A stretch of 64,000 nucleotides of DNA from Eledone cirrhosa (lineage: Eukaryota): contig OZ024755.1 of NCBI GenBank assembly GCA_964016885.1, positions 37,944,001-38,008,000 of the forward strand. The letters run 5' to 3'. The notes under the pieces were generated by a model, which was not told the origin of the DNA, searched no databases, and was given only the letters and a program-made list of their open reading frames with translations. Every line of letters starts with the position of its first letter. Positions within the stretch are counted from its first letter, which is position 1. Below, one piece after another: positions 40,393 through 52,774 of this stretch. The translations under genes and the position numbers were made by a program.

Positions 40393-41054
40393 CTTTGTCT
40401 TGAGAATCAGAAACGACTTAGAGTGGAAAGAACTGTTGCCTTGCTGGTGCAATGATGAAATTAATCCTGTACACTCTGGAAAGTGGTTTGTGATTAAATA
40501 GAGGTAACATAGAGTTGAGAGGATGCTTTAGTATTATCAAGGACATGACAAGCTCTCTGGGGCTGTTGCCATGATTAAAGGCCCTTAGTACATTCTGTAA
40601 AATAGTTGGTGTTAGGAAAGGCATCCAGCCATTGAAAAGGTCTAAAGCCTGTCTCTAGTCTGGAGGCTTATTAGTCTGGTGCTTTCTTGGCATTAAGCAA
40701 CTGAAAGTAGAAGACTTTCCCCTGGATAGGATGCCAGTCAATCACAGGGTTGCCCCCCCCCCCCCACACACACATATTGCTAGTACTCATTTTCAGCTGA
40801 GCATACTGGAGCAGCATGAAATGAAGTGTCTTGCTCAAGAACACAATATACAACCTGATCCCAGAATCCAACCTACATCATGTTGAGTGTAAGTCCAACA
40901 CCAGAACGACATTCCTTCATTACCATAGAAACCAAGCCACAGGTTAGAACATACCAGTGAGGTGTGTTCCCCCAACCCATGACAGCACCTCTGATTAACA
41001 ATTAACAAGGATGTGAGATGATAACGATTAATCTGTGTGTGTGTTTGTGTATAT

Positions 41055-41141
<87 letters not shown>

Positions 41142-41143
<2 letters not shown>

Positions 41144-41485
41144 AGGCACATGGCTTAGTGGTTAGAGCATTGGGCTTGCAATCAAAAGGTTGTGAATTCA
41201 ATTCTCAGACCGGGTGATGTGTTGTTTCCTTGAGCAAGACACTTTATTTCACATTGCTCCAGTTTACTCAGCTGTAGAAATGAGATGATAGGGACTGGGG
41301 TCCATATCATTCCACTGTAAAGTGGTAGTGGAGGTGCCACGACAAAGAAGCACCCAGCACTCACTGTAAATGAGGTTGGTGTTAGGAAGGGCATCCAGCT
41401 GTAGAAATCAAGCCAGAATCAGTTCCCGTCCCACCCTTGCAAGCAGGGTAAAGTGGACGTAAAATGAAATGATGATGATGATGAT
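41142..41485 (+). mobile_element. SINE family A copy next to (TA)n
   Basis: Same sequence as 1698-2035. Confidence 0.9.
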
Positions 41486-41579
41486 GTGTGTGTGTGTGTT
41501 AAGTATATATATAGTACGGAGTTATTTAATTTTGTAATAAACAACACAATATAATTATATTGTGTTGTTTATTACATAA

Positions 41580-41629
<50 letters not shown>

Positions 41630-41938
41630 TATAAGGATAAGGAACAAGGATTCAGTGTTGCATCATAACATATTTAATTGGCCAGCAATTACCCAGTACA
41701 TTACTGGTACTTTATTTTATCGACCCCGTAAGGATGAAAGGCAAAGTTGACCTCAGCGGGATTTGAACTCAGAATGGAAAGGGCCGTAACTCTATGCGTC
41801 AAAGCATAGCGTCCGACCCTCTACCGATACTGCCAATCCACCACCCTTCATAAGATATTACATATGTTTCACTATCGATCAGCTCAGGGCAAGACCTATT
41901 ATAGATCGAACCTGACTCTGTAATCGAAAGATCGCCAT

Positions 41939-41971
<33 letters not shown>

Positions 41972-42789
41972 CACACACAGGCATACATACCCACACACAT
42001 TCTAAGTGTGGCAATGTTAATATTCCTCTCAGTTGTAACAGGGCAATAGTTATGTAAATTGACTCCTATAAAAGCTGGTTAATAGAAAACTCAGTCTGCA
42101 ATAATTGAACTAAACAAAATGTTATTTAATACATCCAACACCAATTACTAATCATTCCTTACAGATTGTATTACATTATTGCTGTTAACATGCTCACTGA
42201 AATCAGTGAAATTTAAACTGTATAACATATGAAAGTAGTCTATTGGTAGAATATTACACTATCAAAAATCCAGGCCGAAAAAAATGAGATCGTGTAGGTG
42301 TCACGACAAAAAAAAATACACAGTCCACGCTGTAAATGTGGCCGTGTAGGCAACACGGTAAAAACCTCCCAGCCCCACACTGTAAATGTGGTTGGTGTTA
42401 GGAAGGGCATCCAGCTGTAGAAAACCCGCCAGACAGTCCACGCTGTAATGTGGCCGTGTAGGCAACACGGTAAAAACCTCTCAGCCCCACACTGTAAATG
42501 TGGTTGGTGTTAGGAAGGGCATCCAACTGTAGAAAACTCGCCAGACAGTCCTATGCGAGCAAGACAACACTCTTGCCTCAAGTGGGAAAACCCCCTTCCA
42601 AACCCATGCAAGCGTGGAACATGGACGTTAAACGATGATGATGATGATTGGGTCATCAAGTATGAAATTTGTAGAAATTTGTAGAAAAAAAACACAAGAG
42701 TCTACAGATTGCATACTTGACGACCCAATACTTTACTGAAACTTGTTCTGGTTGTTTCTATTTTCAGTTTAACCCTTTAGCATTCACAT

Positions 42790-43420
42790 AGGGCGGTAGT
42801 TTGGCAGTATCGGTGGAGGGTCGGATGACATGCTTTGTTTCTACTGTTTGGCACAAGGCCAGCAGTTATCCCAATGTATTACTGGTACTTTATTTTATCG
42901 ACCCCGCAGGATGAAAGGTAAAGTTAACCATGGCAGGATTTGAACTCAGACCGGAAAGGGACATAACTCTTTGCTGGAAAGCATGGTGTCCGACTCTCTA
43001 CCGATACTGCCAATCCACCGAATGGTTTCTTATATAGGCACAAGGCCAGCAATTTGGGGCAGGGGAAAGTCGATTAAATTGACCCCAGTGCGGGACTGGT
43101 ATTTTATTTTATCGACCCCCGTAAGGATGAAAGGAAAAGTTAACCTCGGCGGGATTTGAACTTAGACCATAAAGGGCTGTAACTCTATGCTGCAAAGCAT
43201 GGCGTCCGACTCTCTACCGATACTGCTAATCCATCACCCTATAATAATAATAATAATAATTGTTTCTACTTTTGGCACAAGGCCAGCAATTAACCAGTAC
43301 ATTACTGGTACTTTATTTTATCGACCCCGTAAGGATGAACGGCAAAGTTAACCTTGGCAGGATTTGAACTCAGAACATAAAGGGCCATAACTCTATGCTG
43401 CAAAGCATGGTGTGTAACAC
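42790..43420 (-). mobile_element. Pile-up of SINE family B copies (one plus-strand head, then three minus-strand copies)
   Basis: Repeated family B core motifs. Confidence 0.85.
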
Positions 43421-43981
43421 TCTGGTAAGAGTTACGACTAACAGATAGTATCAACCATGCAATGGTCAATGGAAATTTAGATAAATAACAACAAGTCTAT
43501 ATTATCATGGATATTAGCTTGAAATGTTAGGTTTCGTGAGTATTTAGAAGTTTCTATCTAATAGGGTTCTCAGTTGAAGTGACTTAATGGTGGGATTAGC
43601 AAAGGATTTGTTCAATAAACTCCCATCTCTGGTTATAATGGAACAAACATGTAATTATATCATTTAGCTAAAGTCCTTATAATAGTAACTGTCTGTCAAT
43701 TAATGCCAAGAAAACAGGAATGAGTTCTTGTCTGATGAACTTCTGGGCTGGGGTAGACTTGAATTTTAACTGAGATTACAAAAAGACAAAACAATTTTAG
43801 ATTTCTAAAATTGTTTTGACTGGATCAAAGTTATGTGTGTGTGTGTCTGTCTGTCTGTCTGTCTGTGTGTGTGTGTCTGTCTGTCTGTCTGTGTGTGTGT
43901 CTGTGTGTGTATGAGAATAACTATAAATATATAAATGATGATGATGATAGATATATATATATATATATATCGTCATCATTA

Positions 43982-44858
43982 GGATTAGCAGTATCGGTAG
44001 AGGGTCGGACACCATGATTGGCAGTATTGGTAGAGGGTTGGACACCATGATTGGCAGTATCGGTAGAGGGTCGGACACCATGATTGGCAGTATCGGTAGA
44101 GGGTCGGACACCATGATTGGCAGTATTGGTAGAGGGTTGGACACCATGATTGGCAGTATCGGTAGAGGGTCGGACACCATGATTGGCAGTATCGGTAGAG
44201 GGTCGGACACCATGATTGGCAGTATCGGTAGAGGGACAGACACCATGATTGGCAGTATTGGTAGAGGGTTGGACACCATGATTGGCAGTATCGGTAGAGG
44301 GTCGAACACCATGATTGGCAGTATCGGTAGAGGGTCGGACACCATGATTGGCAGTATCGGTAGAGGGACAGACACCATGATTGGCAGTATTGGTAGAGGG
44401 TTGGACACCATGATTGGCAGTATCGGTAGAGGGTCGGACACCATGATTGGCAGTATCGGTAGAGGGACAGACACCATGATTGGCAGTATTGGTAGAGGGT
44501 TGGACACCATGATTGGCAGTATCGGTAGAGGGTTGGACACCATGATTGGCAGTATCGGTAGAGGGACAGACACCATGATTGGCAGTATTGGTAGAGGGTT
44601 GGACACCATGATTGGTAGTATCGGTAGAGGGTCGGACACCATGATTGGCAGTATCGGTAAAGGGTTGGACACCATGATTGGCAGTATCGGTAGAGGGTCG
44701 GACACCATGTTTTGTAGCATAGTTATGCCCCTTTACGATCTGAATTCAAATCCCACCGAGGTTAAAACTGCCTTTCATCCTTACGGGTCGATAACATAAT
44801 GTACCAGTAATTCACTGGGATAATTGCTGGCCTTGTGCCATAAGTAGAAACAATTATT
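43982..44858 (+). repeat. SINE family B whose 33-bp head is tandemly amplified ~22 times (43985-44710)
   Basis: Unit ATGATTGGCAGTATCGGTAGAGGGTCGGACACC; the rest of the SINE follows at 44710-44858. Confidence 0.95.
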
Positions 44859-44859
44859 A

Positions 44860-46350
44860 CATCTGTTTGTCCCTGCTTGCATGGGTTGGATGGGTCCTTT
44901 TTAGAACAGCATCTCTCCACTCACTGCGTTTCTTTGTCATCTCCTCTGTGAGTCTCAGTGATTGGAGCTCAGCTTTCACCACCTCTGCTCAGGTCTTCCT
45001 TGGTCTACCTCTACTGTCACTCCCCTCCACTGGTATTTCCTGGCACCTCTTCACCCATTGATCACCATCCATGTGCATCACATGTCTGTACCAACACAGT
45101 CTCCTCTCTTGCACACCACTTCAGTCCTCTTAAACCCAGTTTCTCCCTCAGTTTCTCCAAGCTCTGCTATTCTTTCACATTTATATTGCACATGGAGGCA
45201 CATGGCTTAGTGGTTAGAGCATTGGCCTTGCAATCGAAAGGTTGTGAGTTCAATTCTCAGATTGGGTGATGTGTTGTTTCCTTGAGCAAGACACATTATT
45301 TCACATTGCTCCAGTTTACTCAGCTGTAGAAATGAGATGATAGGGACTGGGGTCCATATCATTCCACTGTAAAGTGGTCGTGGAGGTGCCACGGCAAAAA
45401 AGCACCCAGCACTCACTGTAAATGAGGTTGGTGTTAGGAAGGGCATCCAGCTGTAGAAATCAAGCCAGAATCAGTTCCCGTCCCACCCTTGCAAGCAGGG
45501 AAAAAGCGGACGTAAAATGAAATGAAATGATCCAATGAAGCAGAGTTACTTTATTTCTGTCCAGTCTACATGTCCTCTGCAGACACAGCCCATGTTTCAC
45601 AACCATGTAGCATTGCACTTCTCACACAGGTATCATACAGGCATCCTTTTGTATGTAGAGAGAGACCTTTTTCTGTCAACAATAGGACTAGCTTTTTAAA
45701 CTTCGGCCATTCTATCCTTACTCTAGCTCAGTGATTCTCAACCAGTGTGCCGCGTCAGACACGTGTCACGCAAGATCTTCCTAAGTGTGCTGCGGAATTT
45801 TGAACGGCACACTAAGGACAAAAATATTATATATGAAACAGTTAATAAATATATATGAAAAATATTATTTTTCATATATATAGAGGTAGACCACGAAAAA
45901 CATGGGCGGAGGTGGTGAGAACAGACCTCAGATCATTGAAGCTCACGGTGGAGATGACGAGGGACCGTGACGAGTGGAGAGATGCTGTGCTGAATAAGAC
46001 CCGTCCCACCCTTGCAAGCAGGGAAAAGCGGACGTAAAATGATGATGATGATGATGATGATATAGCCAGGTGTGCCGCTATTCATCATGTGTTCCAAGGT
46101 GTGCCGTTGGCTAAAAAAAGTTGAGAACCACTGTTCTAGCTATTATGCTTTCGGAACATCCTCTTCAACTGCTAATTAAGTCATCGAGGTAGCAGAAGCT
46201 ATCAACTATTGCTAAGGGTCCCTCCTGTGATTGGAAAAATTTATATCTCTGATGCTCTTCGCCTTCATTATGCCCTGTGCATCTTCTACATACAAAGACT
46301 TCCTTTTCTTTTAGTTTAGCTGTTATCCCACTACATCTTGTGTACCCAAG
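44860..46350 (-). mobile_element. Old RTE fragment interrupted by SINE A (45194-45530) and a hAT-type MITE
   Basis: Segments 44860-45193, 45531-45728 and 46134-46350 are colinear with the RTE at 35915-36780. Confidence 0.8.
45729..46133. mobile_element. hAT (Charlie-like) MITE carrying an RTE 3' insertion (45881-46060)
   Basis: TIRs CAGTGATTCTCAAC / GTTGAGAACCACTG; 8-bp TSD CTCTAGCT / TTCTAGCT. Confidence 0.85.
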
Positions 46351-46962
46351 ATTATATATATATATATATATGTAGATGATGATGATATATATATAGTTCG
46401 GATCTAGCTGTTGAAACGGCCGGAGCTCAGCTGTCGGGGTCCCAAATTTTTATTTATATATATCATCATCATCAACGTTTAACGTCCGTGTTCCACGCTT
46501 GCATGGGTTTGGACGGGGGTTTTCCCACTTGAGGCAAGAGTGGTTGTCTTGCTCGCATAGGACTGTCTGGCGGGTTTTCTACAGCTGGATGCCCTTCCTA
46601 ACACCAACCACATTTACAGTGTGGAACTGGGTGGTTTTTACCGTGTTGCCTACACAGCCACATTACAGCGTGGACTGTGTGTTTTTTTGTCGTGACACCT
46701 ACACGATCTCATTTGTTTCGGCCTGGATGTTGTGGCACCAACATAACTTTACATTGAAGGGGTGGTGTGGATGAGGTGTGTGTGTGTGGTGGGGGGGGGG
46801 GTTATTTTGTTAGAGATGCCTACTGGCTGTAGTAGGTTTTACTTTGTATTTAGGTAAGGCGGGTCTTCTCTATTACTGAGTACCGCCAAAGGTCTCGGTC
46901 CAGTGACATTGTCTTGGAGAGGTGTAAGTGTGTGAGTCAGAATATATATATATATATATATA

Positions 46963-47295
46963 AACCCAGCATAAATGTGTTGAGAGAGAAACTGTGTCTG
47001 AGAGGAATAGAATGTAGTGTACGGGAGAGGAGACTGAGGTGGTATGGACATGTGATGCGCATGGAGGATGACCGATGGGTGAAGAAGTGCCAGGAAATGC
47101 CAGTTGAAGGAAGACGTGGTAGAGGTAGACCACGAAAAACATGGGCGGAGGTGGTGAGAACAGACCTCAGATCATTGAAGCTCACAGTGGAGATGACGAA
47201 GGACCGTGGCGAGTGGAGAGATGCTGTGCTGAATAAGACCCGTCCCACCCTTGTAAGCAGGGAAAAGCGGACGTAAAATGATGATGATGATGATG
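46963..47295 (+). mobile_element. 5'-truncated RTE LINE in (TA)n
   Basis: [16 protein letters not shown]...RGRPRKTWAEVV; (GAT)n tail. Confidence 0.92.
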
Positions 47296-47360
47296 ATATA
47301 TATATATATATATATCACATAAGAAACGGAGAATTGGTGGTGTGACAAATAAGATTTATT

Positions 47361-47424
47361 AGACATATTACAATCATTTCTCTGGCGACCTGACTCTGAA
47401 ATCGTAAGATCCTCAGATATGTCT
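47361..47424 (-). ncRNA. Minimal type I hammerhead ribozyme motif
   Basis: AGACAUAU-CUGAGGA-stem II-GAAA-UGAUUG-UA-AUAUGUCU; perfect 8-bp stem I. Confidence 0.75.
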
Positions 47425-47970
47425 CGATTCTACGAAGCAGAGTTTCCAAAATATATAAATATATATATATATATGAAATATGCATAACAATATTATATAT
47501 ATATATATACATCATCATCTTCATCACCGTTTTACATCCGTTCTTCCATGCTAGTATGGGTTAAACCATATATATATAAGTATATAAAATTGAAATATGC
47601 ATAACAATATTATATATATTGAAATATGCATTAATTAGTAATAACGAACAAATATAAACTTTCAAATTATATGGACACAAACATTGAGGGGAAACATGTG
47701 TGTGTGTATGTGTGTGTAATTCCTATTTATCTATTTTTCTCATTACATGACAAAATATGTCCCTGCAACAGTCTCAACATAAATATACATGTTATTAGTA
47801 TATAATTAATGATTTATTTTCATTTCACTAATCTTCATTAATCCAAATATTAGATCTAAATTTAGATATAACATTGTTTTGTTATTTCATACAAACAACT
47901 GTATATTTATTTATTTAATGTTATTATTATCACTGTCATCATCATCTTCATTAATATATATAAATATATG

Positions 47971-48001
<31 letters not shown>

Positions 48002-48002
48002 G

Positions 48003-48051
<49 letters not shown>

Positions 48052-49062
48052 AAATGAAAGGTATAGAAAACATTGTAGCGAAAAGCCAACAGTATTCCAT
48101 AATATATATATATGTATATATATATATATATCATCATCATCATCATCATCGTTTAACGTCCGTGTTCCATGCTTGCATGGGTTTGGACGGGAGTTTTCCC
48201 ACTTGAGGCAAGAGTGGTTGTCTTGCTCGCATAGGACTGTCTGGCGGGTTTTCTACAGCTGGATGCCCTTCCTAACACCAGCCACCTTTACAGTGTGGGG
48301 CTGGGAGGTTTTTACCGTGTTACCGACACAGCCACATTACAGCATGGACTGTGTGGTTTTTTTTGTCGTGACACCTACACACCCTCATTTGTTTCGGACT
48401 GGATGCTGTGGTACCAACATAACTTTACATTGGAAGGGTTGGTGTGGATGGGGTGGGAGTAGTGGGGCCCGGGGTGTATTTTTGTTAGAGGTGCCTATTG
48501 ACTGTAGGTTTCGCTTTGTACTACAAAACTAAATTGTAAAATTACAATATTATAGAATTAAATTAAATTGTTTAGAACAACAAGTGAAGTCATTCTTTCC
48601 CTTAAAACAAAAATAAAAAATATATATATATATATATATATATGTGGTCTCCTGCCGTTACCAGTTTTGCTCAATGACTGAAAGAATTAAAAAAATTAAT
48701 CAGAACTATATAACAATTAAAAATGTTAAGAGTCAATAGATAAGACATATCTAATTTTTTCTTTAAAGTCTTAACTGTACAGTTTCGCTGACTGCTACGC
48801 ATTTAAAGTGCACTGGGGTCGCGAGGCTACCGTCTTTTCAAGTGACCCCTAAAATGAAAGAACTAATTCTCTAGCAGACCGTTACGAGTGAAAAATTCTT
48901 GGGAGAGAGAATTATCATGTGGTATAATGGTCACAGAAGGGTGGTGGGTAAAGGCTGGATGTTTGCTAGAAGAAGCAGCCAGTACCCACTTATTTCACTC
49001 AGCCCTAAGGGAGCTGGGACAAAATAATAAGATACATATACATAATTATATATATATATATA

Positions 49063-49252
49063 GTTATGTAATAAACAACATAAGACAATTATTCCATTTA
49101 CCAAAGGTTTCATGAAGACAGACGAGCTCAACACAATGGAAGAATGTCTTTGGTAAATGGAATAATTGTCTGATGTTGTTTATTACATAATTAAATAGCT
49201 CTGTAGCCTACATGGAGCACTCTCCTTTCCTTTACCTTTCCTACGGAAACAC

Positions 49253-49304
<52 letters not shown>

Positions 49305-49530
49305 TAGAAGGGGTATTTAATTTGTTGGAAGTCCGACAAATATAAATATAAATGCTATCCAGAGAATATCCAACTGATAAAGTATGATTTTCCTGGGTAT
49401 GTCTCTATTTATAAAACAAATTTTGTATTTTATCTGAAGAAAGCGTACCAAAGTCTTTTGGTACCCTTGAAATATATATACTAAAATAAATATGGTTTTA
49501 TAATTATAGTTTCGATTTATTTAATATCAT

Positions 49531-49570
<40 letters not shown>

Positions 49571-49645
49571 ATTTCCGTAGGAAAGGTAAAGGAAAGGAGA
49601 GTGCTCTATGTAGACTACAGAGCTATTTAATTATGTAATAAACAA
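49063..49645. repeat. Nested inverted repeats (49063-49106/49148-49192 and 49177-49253/49568-49645)
   Basis: e.g. GAGCACTCTCCTTTCCTTTACCTTTCCTACGGAAA versus TTTCCGTAGGAAAGGTAAAGGAAAGGAGAGTGCTC. Confidence 0.9.
49426..49488 (+). ncRNA. Type I hammerhead ribozyme motif (same family as 62217-62281)
   Basis: UAUUUUAU-CUGAAGA-AAG.GUACCAAA/UUUGGUAC.CUU-GAAA-UAUAUA-UA-CUAAAAUA. Confidence 0.7.
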
Positions 49646-49822
49646 TGCAATATATATAATAATCTTTAAAGATGTCTATCTGCTGAACCAACTATATTAT
49701 ATGGAATGGCAGATTCTTCGCTTGCAAAGATCAGTGGGAAAAATTATTGATTACTGGACAACAATGTAAATACAACAATGAACCAGTAGCATATCAAAAA
49801 CTAAACTACCTTACATCTTAAA

Positions 49823-49891
49823 CTGTCTGAAGAGAACATGTCAGAAGTTTATTATGCAACCACTCTGACATCTCCGAAATACATATAACAG
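49823..49891 (+). ncRNA. Type I hammerhead ribozyme motif
   Basis: CUGU-CUGAAGA-..AUGUCAGA/UCUGACAU..-GAAA-UACAUA-UA-ACAG. Confidence 0.6.
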
Positions 49892-50429
49892 AACTATGTA
49901 ATAAACAGAAGATGTACACATAAAACTGTCTCCCTTATTCATAATATTGAAACTCTGATTGAAAATCCTAAGGGATACAAATCATAGAGTGCTTTACAAA
50001 AAACGTCTGTTTACAAAAAAAAAGAAATTCGCGGATTATATGATCAACCAACTTTCATTAATTGAATAATATATATATATATACATGTATATATGTATAT
50101 ATATAATATATATATAGACATAGACACTTGTGTATTCATTCATCTTTTTGTGTGTGTATGTATATATATGAATTCACATTTTTCTTTGTGTGTGTGAATT
50201 AGTTATGTTTATTGAAGTGTTAAATAGGAGCATGTCTTTTGTGGTGTGATGGCTTTGGGTTTTAACTTAGGTGTGTTCTATACAATATATTATCCTGGCC
50301 TTAATTGATATTGATTTATTTTATTTAATTAAAAAAAATACAATAGAAAACAAAACAAAACTTGAAAAATCATTTGAAATAATTATTTAAAAAAATAACT
50401 CAAATATATATTTTTTAGAATAATTCTAA

Positions 50430-50483
<54 letters not shown>

Positions 50484-50638
50484 ATAATAATAAATTTGAA
50501 GACTAAAATCCAAAGAGGGCTATTCTTTGCTTAAACTTTAATCTGTTATTTTAATAAATATATATATATATATATATATAAATTAATAAAAATAATGAAT
50601 AAAAACAAAGAAACAGTTCCTTATATTAAAAAATTCAT

Positions 50639-50768
50639 CATTTTACGATCGTTTCTAGGATATATATGTGTGTGTTGGTATGTATATCATATAGATCTAT
50701 GTAAAATTTTTACAAACTATCAGAGGGAATATACATACCTACACATATATATGCTGTCTTCAGAAATA
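50639..50768 (-). ncRNA. Type I hammerhead motif with a very long stem II
   Basis: UAUUU-CUGAAGA-(~100-nt hairpin)-GAAA-CGAUCG-UA-AAAUG; palindromic ACGAUCGU. Confidence 0.6.
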
Positions 50769-51017
50769 TATATATATATATATATATATGGTAAAGGAAT
50801 TTGTTAAATAATTTATGGTGAAATAAATATACAAAATATAAAAATAATATAAAATATAAATAGGGTAACTATTTGGAAATATGTAAATTAACTGATTAAA
50901 AAAAAAACCACTTTTTAAATATTTCTAAAATTGTATATAAACCTTTTGAAGAATTGAAACCGTTTTATTATTCAGGTAAAAATTCAGGTGAAACTTAATT
51001 TTTGAATTTTTGATTAG

Positions 51018-51650
51018 ATTCAGATATTGGTAAACCCGTTGACCTTTCTGGACAACCATATTTCCCTAAACCTCCTTCTTACGAATCCGTTGTACTAGAA
51101 TCGAGTTTAAGTGATGACAAACTAAGTGATTCTCAGCCTTCTTCCATGATGTTCGCAAGACAGAAAACCGAGAGCAAAGACAAGGGCGTTGGTCCCTTGT
51201 CTTATACCAGCCAGAAACCACCTTTAACTTTCACTTCTGCTGTCTACACTTCTTCAACTTTCACTAACCAACCAAAATCGGATTGGAAAACTGATGCAAG
51301 GCAAGCAGATTTTAACCAGTTTGGCAACCATGTCAACTATTCCGATGTATCTTTTACCCTTCCAACTATAAAACCTTTGAAGTCATCATCAATACGGCAA
51401 TCACCTCCTAGCCTAGCTCCGACTTCAGATCCACCTACTTTCACCTCTTCTTCTTCTTCACCATCTTCCTTGCAAAAAACTGCACCGGTTCTGCAACGCT
51501 ACACTGTCTCCACCACCTCCACCACTGATAATAAGGGTGATGATAGCAAGTCAACATCAGAAGCAAAAGGTGTTCCAATCAATGTGTTATATAAACAACA
51601 AGCACCAGTGTCAGGAACCACTTATATGCCCAGTAGTCCAGCTTTACCAG
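51018..51650 (+). CDS. Large internal exon (633 nt, phase 1-1; alternative acceptor at 51024), low-complexity Ser/Thr/Pro-rich with a PPSY motif
   Basis: Open frame DSDIGKPVDLSGQPYFPKPPSYESVV...MPSSPALP; TTAG acceptor just after an in-frame stop; CAG|GTAGCA donor; higher GC than flanks. Confidence 0.88.
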
Positions 51651-52269
51651 GTAGCATAACATACAATATACTCTGTTCATGGAATTTATTTATTTCACTA
51701 ATGCTTGTAATACACACCAGTCCTCCGCTCAGGAACTTCTCTCTCTCTCTCTAGTAGAAATTTAATTTGCCTGAAATATAGAATATATATTATATATAAC
51801 ATTCTATATATATAATGTTTGTAGAAATCACTTCTATGCATGGGTATGCTATATCATTGACTATTCTATTCTATTCTCTCTGTATATATTTTTTTCGTGC
51901 ATGCGTGCATGTTATACATGCACAGACAAACGTACATACACTCACACATACATACACTCACACATACATACACACTTTATGATATTCTGCACGACTGACT
52001 TATTATAAAGCTACATAAGTATTATAGTTTTGATTTCTGGTTTAATCTCCTCTCTTTGTCTTTTTCTCTCTCTATTTCTCTTTACATGTCTTTCTCCCTC
52101 TCTCTCTGTTGCTCCTTATATCTTTCTCCCCCTCTCTCTTTCTCTATAGCATCTCTCTCTCACACTCTCTCTGTTTCTCTATATTAATATGTCTCTCTCA
52201 CACACAAATACATATAAACATATAAATACCTATATATATATATATACACATATACATACATACATATAC

Positions 52270-52316
<47 letters not shown>

Positions 52317-52411
52317 CACACACATACACATACATTTGGTATTTCATCATTATTGTTATCCTTAAGAAGCAAGGCGTTAACATACTGATTATGATTTCCA
52401 CAGCGTTGTTA

Positions 52412-52447
<36 letters not shown>

Positions 52448-52653
52448 GGAGGTGAGTTTTATTGTAGCACAATAAAGCAATGCAAATATCAGATAAGTAG
52501 CACTCTACAGTTTGTAGGACTGGAGTATAAATAATATAAGATCAGAAGATGGATAAAAGAGTTCCAAGTATTTTATTATACGCATTTCAAAAATATGTTG
52601 ATTTAAATCTTCACTATTCACAAGTGTTTTTTAAGCTTCATATCATGTATCCC

Positions 52654-52724
52654 TATTTTATCTGATGAAAACACAGATATCATCCCATGATGATATTTGT
52701 TTTTGAAATGCGCATAATAAAATA
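52654..52724 (+). ncRNA. Canonical minimal type I hammerhead ribozyme motif
   Basis: UAUUUUAU-CUGAUGA-..CAGAUAUCAUC/GAUGAUAUUUG..-GAAA-UGCGCA-UA-AUAAAAUA; perfect 8-bp stem I, palindromic AUGCGCAU. Confidence 0.82.
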
Positions 52725-52774
52725 CTTGGAACTCTTTTAACAATCTTTTGATCTTATATTATATATATATCTTT

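Noticed and set aside
41851-41890. Hammerhead half GAAACAUAUGUA on the minus strand
   Set aside because: No valid core or stem I partner found upstream
43797-44799. MIGSIGRGSDT / DPLPILPIMVS repeat proteins
   Set aside because: Amplified SINE head sequence
48765-48845. Hammerhead on the minus strand (GAAA-CUGUACAG-UU)
   Set aside because: Palindromic 3' half present, but no CUGANGA and a poor stem I
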